Origin: Candidatus Thermosaccharophagus tengchongensis
GTDB lineage: Bacteria; Armatimonadota; Fervidibacteria; Fervidibacterales; Thermosaccharophagaceae
DNA: 64,000 bases
Assembly: GCA_032161105.1 (NCBI GenBank)
Contig: JAVHTD010000002.1
Reading direction: 5' to 3' (one strand)
Both the position numbers and the translations under genes were made by a program. Shown piece by piece: positions 1 to 10,330 of the stretch. The notes beneath the pieces are model-generated. The model made no database searches. It saw only the letters and a program-made list of their open reading frames with translations, and was not told the origin of the DNA. The number at the start of each line of letters is the position of its first letter. Within the stretch, counting starts at the first letter, position 1.

Positions 1-969
1 CGAACACCATTTATGCCTGCAGAGCCGGCTCAGACGCAACGCCTCATTTACGAGATCCTCACCGATGACCAGATACAGCGCTTTGAGAACGACCTTGAAC
101 TTGACTTCTCATATTCGCTTCAGAACATTGCCCGCTTCAGGGTGAATGTGTTCAAGGACAGGGGCAATGTTGCTGCCGCATTTCGCCTCATACCGAGGCG
201 CATACCATCAATTAGGGAGCTTGGTCTCCCAATAATACTTGAGGAGCTGATTTTGAAGCCGCGAGGGTTGATCCTTGTCACAGGTCCGACCGGTTCTGGA
301 AAATCAACGACGCTCGCTGCGATGATTGATCACTTGAACAATACCGATAGTAGGCATGTGATCACGATTGAGGACCCAATTGAGTATATGCACACGCACA
401 AGAAGTGCATCATCAATCAGCGCGAGATAGGACAAGATACCCTTTCCTTTGCGAAGGCTTTGAGGAGCGCGTTGAGAGAAGATCCGGATGTGATACTCGT
501 TGGCGAGATGAGAGACCTTGAAACAATCGCAACAGCTATAACCGCTGCAGAGACAGGTCACTTAGTGCTTGCAACATTGCACACAAACAATGCTGCAGAG
601 ACAATTGACCGAATCATTGATGTGTTCCCGGCTGAGCAACAGGCTCAAATTAGGGTTCAGCTCTCCAACAACCTTGTGGCGGTGCTCTCTCAGCAGCTCC
701 TTCCGAGGGCTTCAGGGAGAGGTAGGGTAGCCGCAATGGAGATAATGATTGCAACACCAGCCATACGAAACTTGATACGAGAGGGCAAAACACATCAGAT
801 TCCGTCAATCATCCAGACGAGCGGTGAGCACGGCATGCAAACAATGGATCAGGCACTGCGCGACCTTTACTTGCAAGGTATAATCACTTATGAAGACGCA
901 ATGGCAAGGGCGCAACGCCCAGAGGAGTTGAAGAAGATGCTCGCAGATGCAGGAGTTCAGGTGAGGTGA
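1..969 (+). CDS. pilT: Type IV pilus retraction ATPase PilT (N-terminus runs off the window edge)
   Basis: Walker A GPTGSGKST, TIEDPIE Asp box, LREDPDVILVGEMRD Walker B, TGHLV..TLH His box and the PilT signature AIRNLIRE. The frame is open to position 1. Confidence 0.93.
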   Translation, partial: RTPFMPAEPAQTQRLIYEILTDDQIQRFENDLELDFSYSLQNIARFRVNVFKDRGNVAAAFRLIPRRIPSIRELGLPIILEELILKPRGLILVTGPTGSGKSTTLAAMIDHLNNTDSRHVITIEDPIEYMHTHKKCIINQREIGQDTLSFAKALRSALREDPDVILVGEMRDLETIATAITAAETGHLVLATLHTNNAAETIDRIIDVFPAEQQAQIRVQLSNNLVAVLSQQLLPRASGRGRVAAMEIMIATPAIRNLIREGKTHQIPSIIQTSGEHGMQTMDQALRDLYLQGIITYEDAMARAQRPEELKKMLADAGVQVR

Positions 970-2240
970 TTAAAATGCCTGTGTTCAGTTATGTGGCTCG
1001 CAATGCTCAAGGTCAAGTCATACGGGGAAGTGAAGAAGCAGAGAATGCTGAAATACTTCGCAGGATGCTTAAGGAGCGCGGCTATTGGGTCACGCAGATA
1101 AAGCAGGAGAGAGAAGCAGCGGCAGCAGCACCTAAGAAGGCAGGGCCGAAGTTCGTGTTTGGCAGAGTTAAGTTGGCGCACCTTGCTATATTCTGCAGGC
1201 AGCTTGCCACCCTCATAAACGCAGGTGTATCACTTGTGCGGGCGCTCTCTGTCCTTGAGAAGCAGACGCCAAGCCCGCGCCTGGCACAGATAATTCGTGA
1301 GGTCGCTCAAAAGGTGCAAGAGGGTATGTCCTTCTCAAGGGCGCTGGCGGATTATCCCAAAATCTTCTCCAACCTGTTTGTTGGTCTTGTAAGAGCTGGC
1401 GAGGTTGGCGGTGTCCTCGATGAGACACTTGATAGGATGGCTACATTCTTGGAAAAGGACTTGGAGCTGCGCCGCAAGGTCAAGTCGGCAATGACATACC
1501 CAACCATCGTCACCATATTTGCGGTTGGCGTCGTCGTATTCTTGTGCACATTCGTTGTGCCGAAGTTCATGAAGTTGTTCGAAGAGCTTGAGCTCAAGCC
1601 CGAGGAATTCCCGATTGTCACTCGGATGTTGAAAGCTTTCAGTGATTTCTTGCTGACGAAGTGGTGGATGGTTCTAATAGGCGTTGTGCTGTTTGCCATA
1701 GCCTTCATCAACTACGTCCGCACTCGCACCGGTAAAAAGCAATATGACTGGCTCAAGTTGCATGTGCCTATACTTGGACCAATCAACCACATGGTTGCAT
1801 TGGCGCGCTTTGCAAGGACTTTTGGAACGCTCATAAACAGCGGTGTTCCGATACTTCAGGCTATGGATACATGTGCTGAGGCAATAGGCAATGACATTGT
1901 TGCCAAGGCGATAATGGACGCAAGGATGGCTGTGAGGGAAGGTTCACGCATTGCCGACCCGCTTGAGAATAGCAAGCTCTTTCCTCCAATGGTTGTTCAC
2001 ATGATCGCAGTTGGAGAGGAAACAGGTTCGCTTGATCAGATGCTCCAGAAGATAGCTGACTTCTATGAGAGCGAAGTTGATGCAAGGCTTGAGAGCTTAG
2101 CTGCAACGATTGAGCCAGTGCTCATAGTCATGCTGGGCGGAGTTGTGCTGTTCATCATCCTCTCCGTCTTCATGCCACTGATAACGATCATAAACAAGCT
2201 CTCCGGAGGCGGTGGAGAGGGGGAGGGTGGAAGCGAGTAA
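966..2240 (+). CDS. pilC: Type IV pilus/T2SS inner-membrane platform protein (PilC/GspF family)
   Basis: FCRQLATLINAGV, VRAGEVGGVL, KVKSAMTYP and MIAVGEETGSL repeats with TM helices; directly follows pilT. Confidence 0.92.
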   Translation: MIKMPVFSYVARNAQGQVIRGSEEAENAEILRRMLKERGYWVTQIKQEREAAAAAPKKAGPKFVFGRVKLAHLAIFCRQLATLINAGVSLVRALSVLEKQTPSPRLAQIIREVAQKVQEGMSFSRALADYPKIFSNLFVGLVRAGEVGGVLDETLDRMATFLEKDLELRRKVKSAMTYPTIVTIFAVGVVVFLCTFVVPKFMKLFEELELKPEEFPIVTRMLKAFSDFLLTKWWMVLIGVVLFAIAFINYVRTRTGKKQYDWLKLHVPILGPINHMVALARFARTFGTLINSGVPILQAMDTCAEAIGNDIVAKAIMDARMAVREGSRIADPLENSKLFPPMVVHMIAVGEETGSLDQMLQKIADFYESEVDARLESLAATIEPVLIVMLGGVVLFIILSVFMPLITIINKLSGGGGEGEGGSE

Positions 2241-2245
2241 TTGAA

Positions 2246-3313
2246 ATGCGACTTGTTGGGAAGCATGATGGTAAACTCTTCGGCAAGCCCCCCTTAGATA
2301 TTCGGTCTATAAGTGGTGTCCTGATTGTGCGATTGAGCTCCCTTGGGGATGTTCTTATGGCAACCCCGATAGCACAGGCGCTAAGGGAGGCTCTCCCGAA
2401 TGCTCAAATTGGATGGGTAGTTGAATCCACATGTGCGCCCCTCGTTGACGGCAACCCATATCTCAGCAGGGTGCACTCTTGGGATAAAAGTTTTCTCGGC
2501 TTCATCAAGCTGGTGCGTGAACTCAGGCGCGAACGATATGAGCTTGCAATTGATCCTCAAGGCTTGCTTAAGAGCGCAATAATATCGCTTCTATCTGGCG
2601 CGCGGTATCGTGTTGGGTTTGCAGATGGCAGAGAGGGTTCAACATTCGCCATGACTCACATGGTGGAAAAGAAGCCGTCACTACACCCGTGTGACATGTC
2701 ATTGCAGCTCCTCAGGGTGCTCGGGATTGACGCGAGTGTTGAGCGCCATAAAATGCTAATACCTATCACTGACGAGGAGAGAAGAAAGGTGAACGAGCTG
2801 TTGAATTCGCTTCGGCTTTCACCGAAGCACTTCGTTGTGTTTGCTCCAGCTACAAGGTGGGTTCACAAGCATTGGCTGAGCAACCGCTGGATTGAGTTAG
2901 CCGAGAGAATTTACAAGAGCTATGGGATGCCCAGTGTGCTCGTTGGCGGCAGCGGTGACTTGTCGTTGCTTAACGCCATTTCAAGCCGCAGCCGTTCACC
3001 AATGCATAACTTTGGCGGTTTGTTATCATTGCGTGAGTCGGCACATCTCATCGGGTTAGCTGGCGCGATGGTCGGAGTTGATTCATTCCCGGTGCACGTC
3101 GGTTATGCTATGGGGGTTCCAACGGTCATCCTCTACGGACCGACGAGCTCGCTGAAATGGCGCTCAGTAGCTGGAGTGCGAGTCATTGAGCATGAGTTGC
3201 CATGCCGACCTTGTCACAGGCGCCCGACATGTGGCGGAGATTGGACATGCATGAAAACAATAACCGCAAGTGAAGTTATGGATGCTCTCAGCGGTGTGCT
3301 TTGCTCACCATGA
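2246..3313 (+). CDS. Glycosyltransferase family 9 (LPS heptosyltransferase-like)
   Basis: LIVRLSSLGDV, DPQGLLKSA, GVDSFPVHV..AMGVPTVILYGPT and C-terminal C-x-PC..C..C motif. Confidence 0.88.
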   Translation: MRLVGKHDGKLFGKPPLDIRSISGVLIVRLSSLGDVLMATPIAQALREALPNAQIGWVVESTCAPLVDGNPYLSRVHSWDKSFLGFIKLVRELRRERYELAIDPQGLLKSAIISLLSGARYRVGFADGREGSTFAMTHMVEKKPSLHPCDMSLQLLRVLGIDASVERHKMLIPITDEERRKVNELLNSLRLSPKHFVVFAPATRWVHKHWLSNRWIELAERIYKSYGMPSVLVGGSGDLSLLNAISSRSRSPMHNFGGLLSLRESAHLIGLAGAMVGVDSFPVHVGYAMGVPTVILYGPTSSLKWRSVAGVRVIEHELPCRPCHRRPTCGGDWTCMKTITASEVMDALSGVLCSP

Positions 3314-3472
3314 TATTCCATTCATTGCGGGGCTTTTCGGCGGTGAGCTACTTGAGTCATCACTCCATGCGACAGCTGTTAGTTGTTAGCGAGTGCAAAG
3401 TTCATCCGGATTAAAGCGCCCATGTTCTCTGATGACCCATTTGCAATTCATTATGCTGAGGGCGATTTCGGG

Positions 3473-4015
3473 ATGGTGTCCACTATGAGCAGCACAAGCG
3501 AAGGCGAAGCCGGTGATAAAACAAAAGCGCATGCCGAAGGGGACATAGGTGATTCGGTCATCATAAGGCGCGTCAAGCCGGAGGAGCTGAATAAGCTTAT
3601 CAGCGTTTACCGCTCCGCATATGAGGGGCTTGAAGAGTATGCGTATACATCTACAGGCGAGATTCGCAGCTACATGCGCTGGCTTTATCGTGGCGACCCG
3701 AACGGCTTCTTCGTGGCTGAGCTGAATGGAGAGATCGTCGGGTTTGTGGCTGTGCATGCTGATTGGTGGGACAAGCGCATAGGTCGCACCGCCGAAATAC
3801 ATGAGGTGGTGGTGCACAAGCGTTATCAACGGATGGGCATCGGAAAGAAGCTGATGCAGCGCGCCATTGAATATGCTATTGAGAGGGGATGCAGCTGGAC
3901 AAGCCTGTGGGTTGGGTCTGGAAACACCATTGCGAGGGAATGGTATCTCAAGCTCGGATTTGAAGAGGTTAGCAATGGCTACTATTGGGTGCGCATGTTA
4001 AAGCGCCTCACATGA
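3473..4015 (+). CDS. GNAT family N-acetyltransferase
   Basis: Acetyl-CoA motif A VHKRYQRMGIGKKL and N..A..WYLKLGF; start uncertain (ORF open from 3383). Confidence 0.85.
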   Translation: MVSTMSSTSEGEAGDKTKAHAEGDIGDSVIIRRVKPEELNKLISVYRSAYEGLEEYAYTSTGEIRSYMRWLYRGDPNGFFVAELNGEIVGFVAVHADWWDKRIGRTAEIHEVVVHKRYQRMGIGKKLMQRAIEYAIERGCSWTSLWVGSGNTIAREWYLKLGFEEVSNGYYWVRMLKRLT

Positions 4016-4125
4016 GCGGGTTTGCACAGTTGGAGGGGGAATGGCGATAACCTTTACCTACCAACCTTGCCATTAAGGAGTTGCGACTAAAGACCGCGCG
4101 GAAGTTCGTAGGTGAGGCAGCTTGC

Positions 4126-6084
4126 CTATTCTTGCTTTCCCTCCGCCTTCCCTTCGCCCTGTTGCTCTAATCCTTTCTCCTTCAGCTCCTGCTCTTTAAC
4201 TTCAGCCTTTATTGGTTGCTTCTTGGCTGGCTCCTCTTTGACCTTTGGCTTTATCACCTCAGGTGGTTTTAGCCTGAGCCTGACGATGTCGTGTGGCTTG
4301 ATTTGCATTCCCTCCTCAAGCTCAACAATCACAGCCTTTGACATATCCTGCATGACTTCAATGACGCGTATCACTCCAACAGGCTCCTCAATGATGCGTT
4401 CACCGCGAGCTGTCTGAAAATGCACTCGCCTAATAACCGTGAACTCATCCCCGACTTTAATTCCGGCATCCTCACCGATATCAATGTAGGCGAACTTGTC
4501 CTCAACTGCCCCGACTTGCCCCTCCCTTGCTACAGGCAATGTAGGTTGAGCTGTGATGACAGCCGGAGTAATTCTTGGGAGAGCAGCCCATGTCATTTCG
4601 CCGCGCAGTGCCTTGACGAGCTGTGCGATGGCATCAGATGCGGCAGCGCGATATAGCGATATGTCAAGCACACCTCTTTCAATTTGCTCCGGTTGCACTT
4701 GCGGTGGCTCGCGTGACTCAATTGGCATTGATGTATGGATGGGTTGCTTGCTGATGCCCTTGCCTTCAAATCGGCTGCTCCATACCAGCCTTCCAGTCCG
4801 CCCATCAAATAAGCGTGCCTCAACGAATATGCTCACACGCTGTTGCCTCTCCGTCCTTATCTGCCAGATCCTTCTATCAGCCGCTGGGCTTGGACGGCTT
4901 GTCAAGCCTTGACTGATGATGGAGAAGGCGTCAACCCCAGCTATGTGCCCTGCAAGTATAGCATCGCATTTGTGCTTCTCGCAAAGCTGCTTTACAACCT
5001 CAGACGGTATGTTTCCGGAGCGGTAGGTATCCCAAGCAACAGCGTCCTCAAACATCTGTTGGTTAGCGACGAGCAGCTCCTCAACCAAGTTCGCGTTCTT
5101 TACAGCATCAACAACCTGCTCCCCGAACTGCATCACATATGGTCTAATTGCTGGCATCTCCGAGAATGGAAACACAAGCAGCCTTCTCACATGACTCAAG
5201 TCAAGGTGAAGTATTAAGCGCGGCTCACTCGGTATGTCCTCAATGCGCTCATATAAGGAGACAAGGTGATTCAAAAAGCGGATGTTCGGTGAGTAGAACA
5301 GGATGCGATAATAATTGCCACCTTTGCTGGCGCGCACGAGCACACTTTGGTTTTGGCGGAGCACATCAATCGGGTAGGGCAGCCTTTCCTTGATTGCTCT
5401 CGGTATGGGCTGCTCCCCTGTGAGGATGTAGACCTCCGTCTCTGTTGCGAGCAATCGCTCAACCTTGGGGAGCTTATCCAAAGTCACCCAGACGAAGTCG
5501 GCTCGCACCGTCTCACCGAATATGGCTATTGTCTCCTCACCGGCGTTTGTGACCACGACGAGCAGTGGCACTTGCCATATGCGTTGCATTTTCAGGTCGG
5601 TTATTTCACGCACCTCAAGTTCGCTCAATTTCTCAATGGCTTCGCAAGCCGAGTTGTGGCTCGGTGCTGAAATGAGCATGCGCACATAGGGCTTGCGCTC
5701 AATTAACTTCACATCACCGGCGAGAACAACATCCATGTCTCGAATCAGGCGAATGTCATACGGGAGAAGCTCGCGGTGCTCCATCGGAAATGGCTCTTTT
5801 GTCCAGTCAAGGATGAAGATGACATGCTTTTCAGCTTTCTCAATTTCAGCGGCACGCTTTGGCAGCTCAGAGAGGCTGATAAATGTGGTTTGAGTGCCCT
5901 CGGGCAGCTTAGTGCGGAATTCATTGTATAGCGTGATTGAGTTTGAAACGACAACGACCTCCCCCTTCAAGAACTCAACGGCTGGACGCTTCGTAAGGAA
6001 GGCACGGCGAAGTTGTGCTGTGCTCAGGTTGCTCAGAAGAAACAGGCATCCCAAGGTGACAACGAGCATCATTTGACGACCCAT
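4126..6084 (-). CDS. Secreted protein with CsgG/TolB-N-like middle domain and FlgT C-terminal-like beta domain
   Basis: N-terminal signal peptide; EARLFDGRTGRLVWS motif; C-terminal YIDIGEDAGIKVGDEFTV...VIRVIEV..DMSKAVI; Lys/Glu-rich tail; GGAGG SD before the ATG at 6084. Confidence 0.55.
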   Translation of the reverse strand: MGRQMMLVVTLGCLFLLSNLSTAQLRRAFLTKRPAVEFLKGEVVVVSNSITLYNEFRTKLPEGTQTTFISLSELPKRAAEIEKAEKHVIFILDWTKEPFPMEHRELLPYDIRLIRDMDVVLAGDVKLIERKPYVRMLISAPSHNSACEAIEKLSELEVREITDLKMQRIWQVPLLVVVTNAGEETIAIFGETVRADFVWVTLDKLPKVERLLATETEVYILTGEQPIPRAIKERLPYPIDVLRQNQSVLVRASKGGNYYRILFYSPNIRFLNHLVSLYERIEDIPSEPRLILHLDLSHVRRLLVFPFSEMPAIRPYVMQFGEQVVDAVKNANLVEELLVANQQMFEDAVAWDTYRSGNIPSEVVKQLCEKHKCDAILAGHIAGVDAFSIISQGLTSRPSPAADRRIWQIRTERQQRVSIFVEARLFDGRTGRLVWSSRFEGKGISKQPIHTSMPIESREPPQVQPEQIERGVLDISLYRAAASDAIAQLVKALRGEMTWAALPRITPAVITAQPTLPVAREGQVGAVEDKFAYIDIGEDAGIKVGDEFTVIRRVHFQTARGERIIEEPVGVIRVIEVMQDMSKAVIVELEEGMQIKPHDIVRLRLKPPEVIKPKVKEEPAKKQPIKAEVKEQELKEKGLEQQGEGKAEGKQE

Positions 6085-6141
6085 AAGTCCTCTCACCTCC
6101 GAGCCCAAAACCAACCACTCGGTCTTCCCAAAGCCAATAAC

Positions 6142-6170
6142 AACTTAGCGCCGTAGCCGCTATGTGTCAA
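6142..6170 (-). promoter_or_regulatory. Candidate sigma70 promoter for the 4126-6084 gene
   Basis: Minus strand TTGACA-17 nt-TAAGTT. Confidence 0.55.
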
Positions 6171-6257
6171 ATGGGGTTAGCATGGGTTACTGTGTCCATT
6201 GAGTGGTATTGCATCTGCATTGGGGTTGCCTTCTAAGTCAACGCGGATGGTGCAGAG

Positions 6258-8015
6258 GTGATCGGGGTGGGATGGATTAAGATGACGCACATTGCAGGAG
6301 CTCTCATGAGCCTATTCAGCGTTGCGCTTGTGTTTGTTCTGTTTTGGCACTTGCGCAGCGCGGTCAGGTTGCTCCCCGAAGAGGAGCAAAGCAAATTGCA
6401 GGCGGCAAGGGGAATGGTTAGGAGAATCAGTTTGGCATCGCTCTTGCTGAGCGCTTTGGCGATTGGCGTGATAAGCCTTTTGAGCGCTCTTCGAATGCCG
6501 CCATTCTCGCCGGGGCAGGCTCTCGCAGTATCGCTCCCATTGATGTGGGTCATGTTCGGAGTCCCCTTCGCATTGCTTGATGAAGTGATGGTGCTCAGCG
6601 CAGCCACGAGTGGCAGCGTGCTTAGCCTTACTCCGGCAAGTTGGCTTCTTTGCGTCTCCATCGCCGTTGTCCCGATGGCTCTATCAATACTGTCAGTGCA
6701 GTTGTTGATGTCTCAAAAGTTGGTCGGGCTGAGCGAGTCGCTCAGCGGTTGCGCATTTGCTGTTGCCAGCATGTCGCTCGCCTTCTTTGTGGCAGTGGCT
6801 GTTAGCTCAAGTTTGCGTCAAGGGGGCGAAAGCAGCTTTGAACCATTCTTTCGCTCCCCAATGCTCGTGCGAGCTATAGCATTAACTGCTGCGGGAACGC
6901 TTATGATGACGCTCGCCATTGCCATTCATCATCCCTCACCAAAAGGGGAAAGCATTTTCATCATTGCCTATCCGGTGGCGCTATCGGCAGCATTGCTCAT
7001 TGGATGGCACATAGCCAGCGGTGTGATTCTCATCGGTGGCGAGAGATTGATTAAATTCGGACACATTGTGCACCCTGTTATAGCCGGGCTTGTATTCGCT
7101 TTGATTGGGAGTGCATTCGCACACGCGAGCATCAAACCTTACTCCCATCTCTTCAGGCTCGGTGTGGTCGCATTCATTTTCGTTGCGGTGATGTATCAGT
7201 TGCTCATTCATCGGGGCACGATGGCTGAGCGTGATATCTCTGCAACACAGCAATTTGGGATAGCGGCGTCCCTGCTTGTTCTCGGAATGATAGCTGTAGC
7301 ATTTGCGGCTCATCGTGCGTATGGTGTTGGTGTTGCCGGTATTGGCTTTCTCCCAGCCGCACATTTCTTCGGCGTGCTCGCAAGCTGGCTCGTGCAGATG
7401 GATTCCGAGTTTCGTAAGGAGCAGTTTTGGCGCATGGCGCTCGTATCAAACTTACCCATCATAGTTTTGGCGATGCGCCTGATGTATGAAAGGCAGGTTC
7501 AAGCAGCCATCCTTCCATCGCATTCACCCATCGTGCTCGTGAGCGCTTGTGCAGGCGCCTTAACTTTCACTGCCCTCACCGGGTTGGTCACCAGCTCGTC
7601 AGGCAATGCCATTGCGAGTGCGCTCAACGGTTTTTGGGGGTTGTTTGCGAAGTCGCTGTTAGCCCTCGCTCGCATTGGTTTGATTGCGGTCGGCTTTGCT
7701 GTCCTGCTGCCCATGCTTTGGGGGGCGAGCGCATCATTCGGGTTCATCATCGGCGTTGCAATTTCAACCTTAATGCTATGCACCATGCCGGGTTTGAACT
7801 CGCCCTCGTTGGCTTGGCGGTTTGCCATCCTCTGGTATGTGGCATTGACGCTCATGCTGTGCATCGGCATCGTGCATACAACCCAGCTTTTGATCCCATT
7901 GTCGCTTCGCCCACGCCTGTTCAGGGTGTGGATGTTCATTGGCTTGCTCTTACTCACCGGTATTGCATGGGGATTGCTCGGTATTGCCCGAAGGCGCATT
8001 TGGCGATCCTCATAG
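6258..8015 (+). CDS. Polytopic membrane protein, possibly a degenerate membrane pyrophosphatase (HppA)-like fold without catalytic motifs
   Basis: About 15-16 hydrophobic segments; by-eye resemblance to HppA TM motifs (see findings). Confidence 0.5.
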   Translation: MIGVGWIKMTHIAGALMSLFSVALVFVLFWHLRSAVRLLPEEEQSKLQAARGMVRRISLASLLLSALAIGVISLLSALRMPPFSPGQALAVSLPLMWVMFGVPFALLDEVMVLSAATSGSVLSLTPASWLLCVSIAVVPMALSILSVQLLMSQKLVGLSESLSGCAFAVASMSLAFFVAVAVSSSLRQGGESSFEPFFRSPMLVRAIALTAAGTLMMTLAIAIHHPSPKGESIFIIAYPVALSAALLIGWHIASGVILIGGERLIKFGHIVHPVIAGLVFALIGSAFAHASIKPYSHLFRLGVVAFIFVAVMYQLLIHRGTMAERDISATQQFGIAASLLVLGMIAVAFAAHRAYGVGVAGIGFLPAAHFFGVLASWLVQMDSEFRKEQFWRMALVSNLPIIVLAMRLMYERQVQAAILPSHSPIVLVSACAGALTFTALTGLVTSSSGNAIASALNGFWGLFAKSLLALARIGLIAVGFAVLLPMLWGASASFGFIIGVAISTLMLCTMPGLNSPSLAWRFAILWYVALTLMLCIGIVHTTQLLIPLSLRPRLFRVWMFIGLLLLTGIAWGLLGIARRRIWRSS

Positions 8016-8017
8016 GG

Positions 8018-10153
8018 TCACCAGCGATGGCACATACTCCCTATGTGGATTTGCGTGCCAGTCGGCATGCTGAACCTCCTTATGAGGCAGCGATTTGAGC
8101 ACCCATTACATTCAAACGAATCAGCCACTGCATCCAGCGGTGGCAGTTCAAATCCCCTGAATGAGCTCTCCTGCGGGCGAAGGTTTGCTGCGAGCAGCGC
8201 TGCACCTATTGCGCCCATCACATTGAAATGCTCTGGCACATAAACTTCACAGTGCAACATTTCTTCAAGCGCATCCCTTATAGCGCCGTTGGCAGCCACA
8301 CCCCCGCAGAATACATACGGCGGCTGTATAGCTCTCCCCGAAACAACATTGCTGAAGTAGTTTCGGACGAGTGCAGTGCACAATCCTGCAACCAACTCCT
8401 CAATTGGCTGTCCGGCTTGTTGGCGCAACACTAAATCGCTCTCGGCAAATACGGTGCATCGTCCGCCTATCCTCGCTCGTCTCTTAGCCCTCCTTGCGAT
8501 CTCACCGAATGCCTCAATTGGTATTCCGAGGCGTGCGGCTTGGTGATCAAGGAATGCTCCGGTGCCGGCTGCACACACCGTGTTCATCGCAAATTCCGTT
8601 GGGACGCCGTCTTGAAGGAGTATCAGCTTTGCGTCTTGCCCGCCAATCTCAAACACAGTCCTTGCATCTGGCACCTCACGGCTAATAGATGCAGCATGCG
8701 CTGTAATCTCATTTCGTATGATGTCAGCTCCAACGAATGCCCCGATGAGCTCGCGCCCGCTGCCGGTGACACCGACGGAGATGACCCTTCCATTGCAATG
8801 TCTTCCAGCCTCTGCAAGCATTCGGCGCAGCGTCTCAACTGGGTTGCCGTATGTCCTCTCATACGACTTGTAAATCAGCTGCAAGTCGGAGGCATTAAGC
8901 AGGACGACCTTAGCCGTTATTGAGCCGACATCAATTCCTACGACCACACCATCCTCGTTTAAACTTGAAGCATTGTTTACGGCTTCCTTTGACGGCTTGG
9001 CTGCGATGCTGATGAGCACGGATGAACCTTTGCGCTTGTTGAAGAGGAGGGTATCTATGAACGCCTCAATCCTGACTTTGATGGCGTCGGGTTGCGTGTG
9101 CTCATCAAATGTGATGGCGCATATTGGCGGCAAGTTGTATTTGCCCCTGAAGAAGTTAAGCGCCCCAACTGCCGTTGTTTCTGGTGTGCATCCAAATGTG
9201 CTCAAGTGAATGATGCCATCAACGCCTTTGTTGCGGGCTTTCAGCGCCGCGCAAATTGTGATGATGTCCGAACCTGTGATGCGCTGTCCGAGCATGCGCA
9301 GCCCTTTGCGATAGTTTCCGTTTCCCCACAGGTCACTGAATGGGTTGATAAACGACCACCAGTCCATAACCCAAATGAGCTGCGCTTGCAATTGCGATGA
9401 GATGAAGCGCACAAGGTCAAATGCCGGGAAGCTGCCAAGCATAGTTGTATAGAAGTCACCGATGATCGCTACCCTTGCGCTTGGCTCACGATGGCGCAGC
9501 AGACTTTCCATGCGCCTAATAGCCCCGTGATATGCCTCATCGGAAGCCTTTCGTGATGTGGCTTTGAGCATCTCGCGGTATGCATCCGTTAGAATGGACA
9601 TCGCTGCCTCATACTCATCCACGGCATGCAGACGCTCTATCACGAATTCGTTTAAGTGGGCGTATAGTTTGACTTTCCTCAGACCGTCAAGTATTAGCCC
9701 GAGCATCTTTAGGTCACTGATGCTTGTGCATCCCGAGAACTTGCACAGTTGCTTGGCTTCTTTCAGCAGCGATAGGAATGCTGTGCGGAACATGACAGCC
9801 GGGTTGATGTTAACGATAACCCACTTGATCTCTCTACCGAAGTTGCTTTCAATCATCGGTTTTAAGAGCGCAGCGGTTGTATGCCCGAGCATGCAAGTTC
9901 CCGGTCCGCCGGGGACGATGAAAGTTTCGGCGCCCTCACTTGCCCCCGTTAGGATGTCCGCAAATATCAGGCGCAAGTCATAGCACCAATAGTCAGGTCC
10001 GCACCCTTTAGCCATGTCCACGGTCTGCCTGCTTGGCGGTCTCGGTGGAATGACATCCAACCCGATGCCGCTGGCGATGTGATGCCACAGCAGGCTATAT
10101 TCGCGCATGTATGTGATGAATGTTTTCGTCGTCTTCCTATTAGCGCTCGCCAT
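8018..10153 (-). CDS. Fused 2-hydroxyacyl-CoA dehydratase-like domains plus CoA-substrate-specific enzyme activase (BadF/BadG/BcrA/BcrD ATPase)
   Basis: C-terminal half has GIDVGSIT, VTGSGR, NEITAHA, EIGGQDAK, MNTVCAAGTGAFL, CTVFAESD, GGVAAN and a C..C.N.C tail. N-terminal half has the Cys motifs GPGTC and TFGCTPE. Confidence 0.82.
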   Translation of the reverse strand: MASANRKTTKTFITYMREYSLLWHHIASGIGLDVIPPRPPSRQTVDMAKGCGPDYWCYDLRLIFADILTGASEGAETFIVPGGPGTCMLGHTTAALLKPMIESNFGREIKWVIVNINPAVMFRTAFLSLLKEAKQLCKFSGCTSISDLKMLGLILDGLRKVKLYAHLNEFVIERLHAVDEYEAAMSILTDAYREMLKATSRKASDEAYHGAIRRMESLLRHREPSARVAIIGDFYTTMLGSFPAFDLVRFISSQLQAQLIWVMDWWSFINPFSDLWGNGNYRKGLRMLGQRITGSDIITICAALKARNKGVDGIIHLSTFGCTPETTAVGALNFFRGKYNLPPICAITFDEHTQPDAIKVRIEAFIDTLLFNKRKGSSVLISIAAKPSKEAVNNASSLNEDGVVVGIDVGSITAKVVLLNASDLQLIYKSYERTYGNPVETLRRMLAEAGRHCNGRVISVGVTGSGRELIGAFVGADIIRNEITAHAASISREVPDARTVFEIGGQDAKLILLQDGVPTEFAMNTVCAAGTGAFLDHQAARLGIPIEAFGEIARRAKRRARIGGRCTVFAESDLVLRQQAGQPIEELVAGLCTALVRNYFSNVVSGRAIQPPYVFCGGVAANGAIRDALEEMLHCEVYVPEHFNVMGAIGAALLAANLRPQESSFRGFELPPLDAVADSFECNGCSNRCLIRRFSMPTGTQIHIGSMCHRW

Positions 10154-10330
10154 GGCTAACCACCATTAAGCATTGTAAACAGCGCTTTTGAGCAATAGGC
10201 AAGCGGCGTTTGCGGCGCCGCGCATTGGTTAGCTATACTTTGGATTTGACATTGTGCTGCCGAGGATCAAAAGCATCAGAGCCCATGGGTGAAGGCATCA
10301 TGCTGAAAGCCCGTGCAGTTTGGGGGGTAA

